A DNA stretch of 64,000 nucleotides, from positions 18,552-82,551 of the forward strand of contig DASXCO010000064.1 in the NCBI GenBank assembly GCA_036491125.1, written 5' to 3'. The translations under genes and the position numbers were made by a program. Each line of letters starts with the position of its first letter. The stretch's first letter is position 1. Shown here in pieces: positions 1-8,565 of the stretch. This DNA comes from Acidimicrobiales bacterium. Lineage in GTDB: Bacteria; Actinomycetota; Acidimicrobiia; Acidimicrobiales; AC-9. Under the pieces are notes generated by a model. The model was given only the letters and a program-made list of their open reading frames with translations, ran no database searches and had not been told where the DNA came from.

Positions 1-936
1 AAGAAGTCCTCCCGAGGTCTGGGGGTCGTACGACAGGGCCTCGAGCGTCGCTGGAGCCGACGAGCGCACCCGTCCCTCGAGGTGGGATCGGTTGCGGGCG
101 TCACCGCCGGTGCGGGTCCCGGCCGAAGCCGCCGCCTCCGCTCCCGGATAGAGGGGCAGCGCCGCCGCCGACAATGACAGGCGGACCTGCGAGCGCTCGG
201 CCATCTCCCAGGCGTGGCCGAGCAGGCCGAAGCCGGTCACGTCGGTGACCGCGTGCGGTGGGCTCGCCAGGCCGGCAAGCGTCTCGGCGGCACCCCGGTT
301 GAGTGTTCGCATGCCGACGACCACCGCTCGGCAGTCAGCCGGTCGGCCTCCGGCCAGCACGATGCCGGTGCCGAGCGGCTTGGACAGCACCAGCGCGTCG
401 CCCGGGCGCGCCCCCGCCTTGGTCCACACCCGCCCGGGGTGGACGACGCCCTGCACGGCCAGGCCGAAGATCGGCTCCTCGGATCGAATTGTGTGACCAC
501 CCGCCACCTGCCCGCCCGCTTCGGCGACCACCGCCGCGGCCGCGGCCAGGATGTCGCCGATCGCCTTCGGCGGCATCCGCTCGGGGAACGCCGAGATGTT
601 GAGGGCGAGCACGACCCGTCCTCCCATGGCGAACACGTCGGAGCAGGCGTTGGCGGCGGCCACGGCACCAAAGTCAGCGGGGTCGTCCACAAGGGGCGGG
701 AAGAAATCCGTGGTCGAGACGAGCGCGACGTCGTCGCTGATCCGCCACACGGCGGCGTCGTCGAACGGCGCCAGCCCGACCAACAGGGACGGGTCCGACC
801 CGCCCGCCAGCTGTCGCACCAGAGCCGACAGCGGCGCTGCCCCCCACTTGGCGGCGCAGCCGCCGCAGGACGTCCACTCGGTCAGCTTGACGTCAGCGCC
901 ATCGCTGGTATCTGTGGTACCGATCGCCTCGGCCAC
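1..936 (-). CDS. selD: Selenide, water dikinase (selenophosphate synthetase); C-terminus cut by window edge
   Basis: Absent from ORF track (no in-window stop). Own translation of the minus strand from GTG at 936 (SD GAGGAGG 4 nt upstream) stays open to nt 1 (312 codons): VAEAIGTTDTSDGADVKLTEWTSCGGCAAKWG...STTDFFPPLVDDPADFGAVAAANACSDVFAMGG...GGHTIRSEEPIFGLAV...VTDVTGFGLLGHAWEM...YDPQTSGGLL. These are classic SelD motifs, including the N-terminal Cys-x2-Lys loop (Cys form, no in-frame TGA). Confidence 0.85.
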   Translation of the reverse strand, partial: MAEAIGTTDTSDGADVKLTEWTSCGGCAAKWGAAPLSALVRQLAGGSDPSLLVGLAPFDDAAVWRISDDVALVSTTDFFPPLVDDPADFGAVAAANACSDVFAMGGRVVLALNISAFPERMPPKAIGDILAAAAAVVAEAGGQVAGGHTIRSEEPIFGLAVQGVVHPGRVWTKAGARPGDALVLSKPLGTGIVLAGGRPADCRAVVVGMRTLNRGAAETLAGLASPPHAVTDVTGFGLLGHAWEMAERSQVRLSLSAAALPLYPGAEAAASAGTRTGGDARNRSHLEGRVRSSAPATLEALSYDPQTSGGLL

Positions 937-1017
937 GTAGCCTCCTCGTCATCAGCGGCGCTCGGCGGCGGTCGCGGTCCGTAGGGTGACCGCCGGGGTC
1001 ACCGGCACTCCAGAGAA

Positions 1018-1042
1018 GTTATCGCTGTATAGCGGCGATAAC
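1018..1042. promoter_or_regulatory. Palindromic operator candidate GTTATCGC-N9-GCGATAAC in the selD / 1188 ORF divergent region
   Basis: Perfect 8-bp arms around cgcTATACAgcg, in the AT-richest patch of a 251-bp divergent intergenic region. The central TATACA could be a -10 element. Confidence 0.25.
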
Positions 1043-1187
1043 CCCTTGTGCTTCCCGGGTCCATCAAGGAAGATGGCCGCCTGAGCGGGAGCGTTACCGG
1101 TTGGCCGACTTCGCCAGGAGCGGATCGGCGAGCACGGATTCTGCTGGGGGACAGCAACCGGCAAGTCACCGCAGGGAGGGCACCTAA

Positions 1188-1427
1188 ATGGGCGAGGCAG
1201 TCGCACAACAGACGCGGTCTGGCGACGAGCCGCTGGCTGCCGGCACGCCGGTTGACGTGCGCAGCCGGTACTTGGGCACGTGGAGTCGTGGTTTCGAGGT
1301 GGCAGAGACTGTGGGCGACGTCTACCGGGTTCGTCGGCTCTCCGATGGCACTGTCCTGCCCAGCGAGTTCTCCTCCGACGACGTCAGGATGCAACGTCCG
1401 AAGAAGTCGGGTTCGTGGTGGTACTGA
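1188..1427 (+). CDS. Hypothetical small protein (79 aa)
   Basis: ORF track 1188..1427. SD GGGAGGG 8 nt upstream of ATG; codons end mostly in G/C. No family recognised. Confidence 0.55.
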   Translation: MGEAVAQQTRSGDEPLAAGTPVDVRSRYLGTWSRGFEVAETVGDVYRVRRLSDGTVLPSEFSSDDVRMQRPKKSGSWWY

Positions 1428-1448
1428 CCCCTTAGAGGCGGCGACTGA

Positions 1449-1736
1449 TCAGGAGCGCAGGGAGCTCAGATAGTCGTCTATCGGTATCGCGTTCAGGGTC
1501 AGGGTCTTGATGGTCCCGCGGGCGCCGAGCCGGAGGGCCACCCGGGCGATCGTGGTCTCGTCGGGCGCTTCGAGGATGGTGGCGAAGTCGTACGGCCCCA
1601 ACAGGGCCCACTGCTGCAGTACCCGGGCCCCCATCGACTCGACGTCGGCGTTCACCTGCTTGAGGCGATCGGGGTTGTCGTGCAGCGTCGACGCCCCGTC
1701 GGGACCGATGGTCGAGAGCATCAAGAAGGTGCTCAT
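1449..1736 (-). CDS. GYD domain protein (95 aa)
   Basis: Internal ATG of track ORF 1449..1916: MSTFLMLSTIGPDGASTLHDNPDRLKQVNADVESMGARVLQQWALLGPYDFATILEAPDETTIARVAL. This is the typical GYD family pattern. The upstream part of the track ORF is Arg-rich junk overlapping rpiB. Confidence 0.8.
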   Translation of the reverse strand: MSTFLMLSTIGPDGASTLHDNPDRLKQVNADVESMGARVLQQWALLGPYDFATILEAPDETTIARVALRLGARGTIKTLTLNAIPIDDYLSSLRS

Positions 1737-1747
1737 GGGCGAGCACC

Positions 1748-2155
1748 CTAACTCAGGCGCCTGACGTTCTCGCGCTCGTCGGCGTCGACATCGGTCGCGA
1801 GGAAGGCGTCGAGCATCTCCCGGGCCACCTCCGGTGAGGTGAGCCGAAGCCCGAAGGCGAGCACGTTGGCGTCGTTCCACCGCCGCGCCCCCCGAGCGGT
1901 CTCGGCGTCGGTGCACAGCGCCGCCCGCACGCCCGACACCTTGTTGGCCGCCATCGACACGCCGGTGCCCGTCCAGCAGCAGACCACGCCGCGCTCGGCA
2001 CGACCGGAGACCACCGCCTCCCCCACCAGACGGCCGACGTCAGGCCAAGGCTCGGCCTGAGCCACGGCCGTCACCTGGTGGCCGAGGCGCTCGAGCTCGG
2101 CCACGACGGCAGCCGTGAGGGAGGTCGACTCGTCGGTGCCGAAGGCAATTCGCAT
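1748..2155 (-). CDS. rpiB: Ribose-5-phosphate isomerase B (RpiB/LacA/LacB family)
   Basis: MRIAFGTDES...GVVCCWTGTGVSMAANKVSGVRAALCTDAETARGARRWNDANVLAFG; characteristic RpiB motifs. Confidence 0.85.
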   Translation of the reverse strand: MRIAFGTDESTSLTAAVVAELERLGHQVTAVAQAEPWPDVGRLVGEAVVSGRAERGVVCCWTGTGVSMAANKVSGVRAALCTDAETARGARRWNDANVLAFGLRLTSPEVAREMLDAFLATDVDADERENVRRLS

Positions 2156-2170
2156 CGATCAGAGACGCTA

Positions 2171-2301
2171 CCGGCTCTGTTGCTGGCGGCTTCGCCGCGC
2201 CCGGGCGGGGCCCCATCCCCGCCCTCCTCCGAAGCGGCTGGGGCCCCCACCCCGCCGCCGGCTCTGTTGCTGGCGGCTTCGCCGCGCCCGGGCGGGGCCC
2301 C
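2171..2301. repeat. Direct repeat, 87-bp period: identical 44-bp cores at 2171-2214 and 2258-2301
   Basis: ccggctctgttgctggcggcttcgccgcgcccgggcggggcccc occurs twice. Copy 1 is followed by the hairpin GGGCGGGG-ccccat-CCCCGCCC (2203-2224). Lies in the rpiB/GH38 divergent promoter region. Confidence 0.8.
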
Positions 2302-2307
2302 CAGCCC

Positions 2308-2313
2308 TAGCCT
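2308..2313 (+). promoter_or_regulatory. -10-like TAGCCT placed 6 nt before the GH38 ATG (possible leaderless promoter)
   Basis: cccTAGCCTgaccccATG. The TANNNT hexamer ends 6 nt before the A of ATG at 2320, and there is no SD. The same ccc-TAG-N-CT-N6-start layout occurs at 9739. Confidence 0.3.
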
Positions 2314-2319
2314 GACCCC

Positions 2320-4962
2320 ATGGGCCGGCGTCGGGTGGCCATCGTTCCCCACACTCACTGGGACCGGGAGTGGACCCAGCCGTTCGAGGTCGTGCGCCTG
2401 GACCTGGTCGACCTGCTCGACGGGGTGATCGACCTGCTCGAGCGCGACGACGCCTTCACCGCCTTCCTGCTCGACGGCCAGACGGCGCCCATCGACGACT
2501 ATCTCGAGGTGCGACCCGAAGCCGAAGCGCGCATCCGCCACCTGGTCACGTCGGGGAGGCTGGAGATCGGGCCCTGGTACGTGCCAATGGACGAGTTCCT
2601 CGTCTCAGGTGAGACGATCGTGCGCAACCTGCAGCTCGGTCTCGCTCGCGCCGCACGGTTCGGCGGCGCCATGCCCGTCGGCTACCTCGCCGACAACTTC
2701 GGCCACATCGCCCAGATGCCCCAGCTCCTCAGGCAAGCCGGGTTCGGCCACGCGGTCGTCTGGCGCGGGGTGCCGTCGACGATCGATCGGACCGCGTTCT
2801 GGTGGTCCGCGCCCGACGGCTCGACGGTGCGGGCCGAGTATCTGTCCCGCGGCTACGGCAACGGCGCGGCCCTGCCCGACGACCCGGCGGCGTTGACCCG
2901 ACGGCTGGCCGCCCACGAAGCAGAGCTGGGAAAGCTCCTCGTCGACGGGATCCTGCTCATGAACGGCACCGACCGGGCCCGGCCCCAGCCCGGGCTGGGT
3001 GCGCTGGTGGCGGCGACCAACCGCGAGCAGGAGCACTTCGAGCTGTGTGTGACCTCACTCGGCCCCGAGCTGGCCCGTCGGCCGACCGAGGAGCTGCCGA
3101 GCTGGTCGGGCGAGCTTCGGTCGGGACAGCGGGCCCACGTGCTGAGGGGCGTGGCCTCCACACGGGTCGACGTGAAGCAGGCCGCAGCACGAGCCGAGCA
3201 GGCATTGGAGCGCGTGGCCGAGCCCCTCTGCGCACTGTTCCTTCCTGCCTCGCGCTGGCCCCGGTCACTGCTCGACGCCGCCTGGCTGCAGGTGGTACGC
3301 AACTCCGCCCACGACTCGATCTCGGCGTGCTCGGTCGACGACGTGTCGGCCACCGTGCTGCAGCGCTTCGCGGGCGCCACCGGAGCAGCCGAGGGCCTGA
3401 GCGCGCGGGCCCTGGCCGAGGCGGCCTCGTCGATGGCCGAGCCCGGCCCCGTGGTGGTCAACACCGCCGCCCGGAGCAGGGGCGGGGTGATCGAGCTGAT
3501 GCTGCGCGGCGACGAGCAGGTCGAGGGTACTCAGGTGCTGGAGGCGTGGCCCGCGCTCGATCGCAACGACACGATGGGCGTCGATGACCTGCGCGCCCTG
3601 CTCGGTCGGATACGGGGCCAGGACCTCGGCGACGGCACCTTCGTGAACGGGGCCGAGGCCGCACACGGCGCCGGCGCCATCGAGGTGTCGTTACACACCG
3701 ACGCGCACCTGTCACCGAACCCGTCGGTAGAGCAGGTGAAGCGGGAGCTGTACGCCAGCGTCGGCGCCCGACCCGACAGCGCCGTCCGGGTGCACGTCGA
3801 CCGGCGCCCGAGCCAGCGGGTGCTCGCCCGAGCCGATGCCGTGCCCGGCCTCGGGTGGGCGGCCTGGACCCCGGCGCCGCTGCAACACGCCGTGCAGGTG
3901 ACCAGTGAAGCGTCGATGGGCAACGGCCTGATCACGGTGGCGATCGATCGGGCAAAAGGAACCTTCGCGCTCGACGATTCCCGCGACCTGGACCGGTTGG
4001 TGGACGACGGCGACCAGGGCGACACCTACACCTGGTCGCCGCCCGCCCACGACGTGACCGTCGATCAGCCCGACGCCGTCTCCGTCGAGGTGGCCGAGCG
4101 GGGACCCGTCCGTGGCCGGCTGGTCGTCCGGCGGACCTTCGTGTGGCCAGCACGGGTCGACGACGACCGCAGCACCCGCGTGGGCGAGCGCGCAGTGGTC
4201 GTCACCACAACCATCGAGCTGCGAGCGGGCGAACGAGTGGTGCGGGTGACGACCACTTTCGACAACCCGTGTCGTGATCATCGGCTGCGGGCACTGTTTC
4301 GCCTTCCCGTCCCGGCGTCGGCTTCCCGGGCCGAGTGCGCCTACGGGATCGTCGAGCGGGGCCTCGACACCGAAGGCGGGTCCGACGAGCTGGCGGTGCC
4401 CACCTTCCCGTCTCGACGGTTCGTCACCGCCGGTGGCCTCACTGTCGTCCACGAGGGTCTGGTCGAGTACGAGCTGATCGACATCGATGACGGGCGGGCC
4501 CGGACGCTGGCCCTCACCCTCCTGCGGGCGACCGGCGTGCTGTCCCGGCCGACGATCAGCCACCGGCGGTCTCCGGCGGGGCCGCCCCTACCGGTCGAGG
4601 GCGCGCAGATGCTCGGCCCGATTGAGTGCCGCTACGCGGTGTGCGTCGAGCCGGTCGATCCCTACGCACTGGCCGACGACGTCCTGCTACCGCTGCTCAC
4701 CACGACGGCGCCAGGCGGCGGCGGCCGGTCGCCGAGCGGACAGTGCCTTGCCGTCGACGGTGCCGAGGTGTCAGCTGTCCGGCGGGACAACGGCGCCCTG
4801 GAGGTCCGCGTCTTCAATCCCACCGACGCCGCGACGTCGGTCTCCCTGGGCGGACGATCGGGCGACCTCGTCGATCTCGCCGGACGGCCGGTCGGCGCCT
4901 TCGAGGGCAGCTTCGAGCTCGGCCCGCGACAGCTGGCGACCGCACGTCTCTCGGAGAGCTGA
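2320..4962 (+). CDS. Glycoside hydrolase family 38 alpha-mannosidase (mannosylglycerate-hydrolase-like)
   Basis: MGRRRVAIVPHTHWDREWTQPFE...LLDGQT...GPWYVPMDEFLVSGETIVRNLQLG...GYLADNFGH. This is the GH38 N-terminal catalytic signature, in a full 880-aa ORF. Confidence 0.85.
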   Translation: MGRRRVAIVPHTHWDREWTQPFEVVRLDLVDLLDGVIDLLERDDAFTAFLLDGQTAPIDDYLEVRPEAEARIRHLVTSGRLEIGPWYVPMDEFLVSGETIVRNLQLGLARAARFGGAMPVGYLADNFGHIAQMPQLLRQAGFGHAVVWRGVPSTIDRTAFWWSAPDGSTVRAEYLSRGYGNGAALPDDPAALTRRLAAHEAELGKLLVDGILLMNGTDRARPQPGLGALVAATNREQEHFELCVTSLGPELARRPTEELPSWSGELRSGQRAHVLRGVASTRVDVKQAAARAEQALERVAEPLCALFLPASRWPRSLLDAAWLQVVRNSAHDSISACSVDDVSATVLQRFAGATGAAEGLSARALAEAASSMAEPGPVVVNTAARSRGGVIELMLRGDEQVEGTQVLEAWPALDRNDTMGVDDLRALLGRIRGQDLGDGTFVNGAEAAHGAGAIEVSLHTDAHLSPNPSVEQVKRELYASVGARPDSAVRVHVDRRPSQRVLARADAVPGLGWAAWTPAPLQHAVQVTSEASMGNGLITVAIDRAKGTFALDDSRDLDRLVDDGDQGDTYTWSPPAHDVTVDQPDAVSVEVAERGPVRGRLVVRRTFVWPARVDDDRSTRVGERAVVVTTTIELRAGERVVRVTTTFDNPCRDHRLRALFRLPVPASASRAECAYGIVERGLDTEGGSDELAVPTFPSRRFVTAGGLTVVHEGLVEYELIDIDDGRARTLALTLLRATGVLSRPTISHRRSPAGPPLPVEGAQMLGPIECRYAVCVEPVDPYALADDVLLPLLTTTAPGGGGRSPSGQCLAVDGAEVSAVRRDNGALEVRVFNPTDAATSVSLGGRSGDLVDLAGRPVGAFEGSFELGPRQLATARLSES

Positions 4963-4972
4963 CCGCCGCGGC

Positions 4973-6205
4973 CTACTCTTCCCGTCCGTCCCGCTCGCGT
5001 CGGACCTGGCGCTCCTCCCGTCGGTCGGTCGCCCGCTCCCGGAGCTCGCTCGCCCGGGCCCGAAGCTCGGCGGGGCCGGGCAGCACGCCAGGCAGGCCGC
5101 GCCGTCGACTCCAGGACCAGCGGCCGTCGGTCCGCGCCTCCGTTCCCGCCCAGTGGAGGGCCCAGAGCTGCACCCGACCCACATCCTTCAAGGTGCGGGG
5201 CCGGAGGGACTTCCAGGCCAGCTCCTCGTCGTCCGCCAGCCCGGCGTGCACCTCGTCGGACACCAGCACCGTCCCCGGGATGGCGATCTTCACGATGCGA
5301 CTGGCCAGGTTGACCACCGGCCCGTAGTAGTCACCCTCCATCGCCAGCACCGATCCGGAGGCCAAGCCGACCCGCACGTCCGACAACAACTCGTCGTCGG
5401 CGTAGGCGTCGGCCAGCTGCAAGGCGATCCGCGCCGCCTCGGCGGTGTCGCGCACCACGAACATGACCTCGTCCCCGATCACCTTGACCACCTGCCCCCC
5501 AAGGGCGCTGACTATGTCGAAGGCGAGGGCCTCGAACCGGCTCACCACCTCGGCCAGGGCCTCGTCGCTCAGCTCCTGGGCGAGCAGCGTGAAACCCACC
5601 AGGTCGGCGAAGCCGATCGTCGCCTCTATCGTCCCCCCGCTGAGCTCGCCCCTGCTGAACGCCAGCATCGCCCGCCGGAACGCGGCGTGGAGGTGCCGGC
5701 GCCAGGCGTACTCGAGCAGCTGCCCGATGCTGGGAAGGATGACATCGAGGCTGCGGAGGAACAGATCCGCCATCTCGTCGGAGTCGAGTTCGCTGCGTGT
5801 AAGCGGCGAGGCTGCGACCTCGGCCTCGGCCACGCGCGCCATCGATAGTCCGATGACCCGCGTCATCTGCAGCGCCACCTCGACGTCGGCCAGCCCCTCC
5901 TGGAGGAAGCGCTCGGCGATGGCGAGGGCCTCGACATCCGCGTCGGTGAAGTGACGCTCGTCGTCGGTCACGTCGGTGAAGCCGAGGGCCCGCCAGAAGC
6001 GCGCCGTCAGCTCCAACGGCATGCCCGAGCGCTCGGCCACCTCGGTCGCGGTGTAGCGCGGCCCCCCGGCAACGAGGAGCCGGTCGACAGTGAGGAGATA
6101 GAGATTGCCCGCGGCCGCGGCCTGGTGGATCTCCTCGGCGCTGACCCCGAGCGACTCGAGGAGCGAGCGCAGGTGGTCCTCCAAGCCCGTCTCCTGGTCG
6201 CTCAC
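4973..6205 (-). CDS. Class III adenylate cyclase with Rv1264/Rv2212-type N-terminal regulatory domain
   Basis: C-terminal CHD: TIGFADLVGFT...VKVIGDEVMFV...VRVGLASGSVLAMEGDYYGPVVNLASRI. The N-terminal part (YTATEVAERSGMPLELTARFWRALGF...) resembles the autoinhibitory domain of M. tuberculosis Rv1264. Start set at GTG 6205, which overlaps the upstream stop (GTGA). The 110-aa extension in the track overlaps the upstream gene and is Arg/Gly junk. Confidence 0.8.
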   Translation of the reverse strand: MSDQETGLEDHLRSLLESLGVSAEEIHQAAAAGNLYLLTVDRLLVAGGPRYTATEVAERSGMPLELTARFWRALGFTDVTDDERHFTDADVEALAIAERFLQEGLADVEVALQMTRVIGLSMARVAEAEVAASPLTRSELDSDEMADLFLRSLDVILPSIGQLLEYAWRRHLHAAFRRAMLAFSRGELSGGTIEATIGFADLVGFTLLAQELSDEALAEVVSRFEALAFDIVSALGGQVVKVIGDEVMFVVRDTAEAARIALQLADAYADDELLSDVRVGLASGSVLAMEGDYYGPVVNLASRIVKIAIPGTVLVSDEVHAGLADDEELAWKSLRPRTLKDVGRVQLWALHWAGTEARTDGRWSWSRRRGLPGVLPGPAELRARASELRERATDRREERQVRRERDGREE

Positions 6206-8556
6206 CGCGGCCCCCCACCCGTGCGCGCCAGCGCGCCTGCCGCGATCTCCGCCTCGCCTCGGAGCTCGCCCGACGACCAGCTGGGATCGAGGCCGGGGGC
6301 GGTGAGGCGAACGGCTCCCGCCCCGGGACGACCCTGGAGCTCCCACCGCAACAGGGCCCGGCCGCCCTCCCACCCCAGCTCGAAGGAGAGCAACCCTCGA
6401 TGCGTGGGCGCCCGGCGCACCGCAAGGGACCGGCCGCTCCATTCCGCTGGCAGCATCGTGCACAACGCCAGGCCGTCGTCGGTCTCTCGCACCAGGAGGC
6501 CGCGCACGAAGGAAAGGAACTCGGCGGTCGCCCACCCGTGGTGGCCGTCACCCATGCACCCGTCGCCGAGGAGCGGGTGAATGGCCTCGGGCCAGGTGAA
6601 CGTTTGACTGGCCGCGCCAACCAGCCATTCCAGGCGGTCGAGGGCCCGCCGGTCACCGGCAGCCAGCTCCACGAACGCCAGCTGGAGCGTCAGGTAGGTG
6701 CCGAGACCGGTGTGGCTGATGCCATGGAAGAAGGCGGAGCCGATCAGGAAACGCTCCCTCACGGCGTCCACCGTCGCGGCCATGGCCGGATCGAGCGGCG
6801 GGATCAGGCCCAGTGGCTGACACGCCACAAGGGATCCGATGATGCCGGGGTCGACCCGTCGGTGCGGCCCTGCCGGTATCACCGACGTGCCCAGGTGGCG
6901 CGAGGTCTGCTCCATCGAGGCCCAGAGTTGAGCACGCATGGAGGCGGCCCACTCGTCGGCGCGGGTCGCGGCCGTCTCGTCGCCTGCGACCCGCAACAAG
7001 GGCGCAGCGTCGAGCAGCCCCCGGAGCGACCAGAAGTCGTCCCAGTAGAAGTAGTCGAACGGTCCGAGGTGCTCGGCGGAGACACCCGCCGGCATCAAGC
7101 CCCGCAGCGCCGGGTCGGAGCGACGTGACCGCGGCTTGGTATGGCGCTTGTGCTCGATCCATGTCGCAGCACGGGCGATCATGGGAGCCAGACGGACGAC
7201 GAGCTCGTCGTCGCCGCTGAGCCGCCAGTGCTCTCCCAGCGTCCACAGCGCCGCGCCGTTGGCGTCCCACTCCTGGCGCTGGCTGAAGAAGAACCCATCG
7301 TGGCCCTGTCGGTCGGGGTACGAGGCCAGCACCTCGGCCGCCTCGGCGTGGAAGCCGTAGCGATTCAGGGCGGCGAGGAGGTAGGCCGCGTCACGGAACC
7401 AGAACCGGTGGTAGGTGAACGGTCCGGGCATCACATCACTGCCTTCGTGCGACAGCAACAGGAAGCGCCGGCAGGCGTCCACGGCGTCGGCCAGCCGCCC
7501 GGGCGGCAGCACGAGATCAGTGCCCCGATCGGTGCGGGCCTGCCACTCCCGTGCTGTAGCCGCGCTCGATGGCACAGCCGGGGGCAGCTGGGGCAGCCGC
7601 TCGGCTCGACGTCGAGCCAAGCGACGCCGGCGGGTGCGTCGCGCCGCCACGAGGGGGAGGGCCACCCGATGCGTGGCCCCCGGCGCCAGCGGCAGCACGA
7701 GGGCGAGCTGCGCCAGACCGACCTCGCAACGAAGCGACATGTCGCGCTGGGCCCCGGCCCCACCGCGCAACACGGTGGTCGCCGAGTCGCCGCCCGCGAA
7801 CGTCGAGCCCGCCACCGCGCTCGGTGCTCGGGGCAGCAGGACGGCGGGTCGGCCGTCCACCATCACCGTACGATCCTCGAGGGCGATCCTCTCCACGACC
7901 GCAAGGCCCTCGGGGTTGTAGGGGCGGACGGCCAGGGCGACGACGAGGTCATCTCGCGTCCGGTTCTCGAGCTCGACGATCAAGAGCTCGGTCCCGCTCC
8001 GGGGGTTCGAGACGCTCGTCGTCACCGCGTAGACCCGGTGCGCCGCGTGACCACCCGGCACCTCGAGCGTCGTCTCCACGACTGGGGTGCCGTCGACCAG
8101 GCGCTGATCGACCCCGCCGTCCCGCGACGGCAGGTGCCACCCGTCCTGCGACTCGACCCACCAGTCCAGCGACCATCCGTCGTACCAAGGCGTCACGAGA
8201 CCGCGAGGATCCACGATGCCCTTGCGCGACGAGCGAGGGTTGCCGACCATCGTCCACGCCCGACCGGTCACGTTGGTCAGCAGGGGAAGGTGCCCGCGGG
8301 GTACGAAGGCCGGTGATCTCGGATCCAGCTGCCGCTCGAGCCACCACGGCCAGACCCAGTCCATGGCCAGCTGGGCGGCGGCACGCGTGCGGACGGCCCG
8401 GAACACGGTCCGGGCGCCCACCGGCAAGAGCTCGCCCGGCACTTCCACCTCGACGGTCTCGCCTAGGCGCTGGAACGTCGACAGGTAGCGGACGATGTCG
8501 TCGGTGATGCGCAATCGGCCCATGGCTCGACGCAACATCCAGGTACGGATCCCCAT
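6202..8556 (-). CDS. (alpha/alpha)6-barrel glycoside-hydrolase-like protein (GH15 / GDE_C-type)
   Basis: 784-aa ORF. PGPFTYHRFWFRDAAYLLAALNRYG...EWDANGAALWTLGEHWRLSGD...YFYWDDFWSLRGL resembles six-hairpin glycosidases. Exact family not resolved by eye. Confidence 0.6.
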   Translation of the reverse strand: MGIRTWMLRRAMGRLRITDDIVRYLSTFQRLGETVEVEVPGELLPVGARTVFRAVRTRAAAQLAMDWVWPWWLERQLDPRSPAFVPRGHLPLLTNVTGRAWTMVGNPRSSRKGIVDPRGLVTPWYDGWSLDWWVESQDGWHLPSRDGGVDQRLVDGTPVVETTLEVPGGHAAHRVYAVTTSVSNPRSGTELLIVELENRTRDDLVVALAVRPYNPEGLAVVERIALEDRTVMVDGRPAVLLPRAPSAVAGSTFAGGDSATTVLRGGAGAQRDMSLRCEVGLAQLALVLPLAPGATHRVALPLVAARRTRRRRLARRRAERLPQLPPAVPSSAATAREWQARTDRGTDLVLPPGRLADAVDACRRFLLLSHEGSDVMPGPFTYHRFWFRDAAYLLAALNRYGFHAEAAEVLASYPDRQGHDGFFFSQRQEWDANGAALWTLGEHWRLSGDDELVVRLAPMIARAATWIEHKRHTKPRSRRSDPALRGLMPAGVSAEHLGPFDYFYWDDFWSLRGLLDAAPLLRVAGDETAATRADEWAASMRAQLWASMEQTSRHLGTSVIPAGPHRRVDPGIIGSLVACQPLGLIPPLDPAMAATVDAVRERFLIGSAFFHGISHTGLGTYLTLQLAFVELAAGDRRALDRLEWLVGAASQTFTWPEAIHPLLGDGCMGDGHHGWATAEFLSFVRGLLVRETDDGLALCTMLPAEWSGRSLAVRRAPTHRGLLSFELGWEGGRALLRWELQGRPGAGAVRLTAPGLDPSWSSGELRGEAEIAAGALARTGGGPR

Positions 8557-8565
8557 GGGTCAACC

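Noticed and set aside
214-984. Several 80-256-aa ORFs in the track (214..984 +, 237..692 -, 303..602 +, 551..940 +) over the first kilobase
   Set aside because: All are Arg/Pro/Ala-rich with no recognisable motifs. They lie antisense to, or out of frame with, the clear selD reading frame, which is open from 936 to 1.
937-1187. Possible tRNA-Sec (selC) next to selD
   Set aside because: Neither strand shows a U-TCA-A/G anticodon loop context, a matching 8- or 9-bp acceptor stem, or a T-arm (GGTTCGA-like) motif. The GGAAG... start at about 1069 has no complementary 3' end.
4973-6535. N-terminal extensions of track ORFs (4973..6535, 16234..17805, 23192..24856, 27100..29094, 32704..34287, 35594..37429, 53876..57172, 57678..58997, 60973..63408, 10109..11152, 40340..41539, 41284..42267, 48991..50505)
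   Set aside because: The extended parts overlap neighbouring genes, are compositionally junk, and are followed by internal starts with an SD or stop/start coupling at the point where family homology begins. Trimmed coordinates are used instead.
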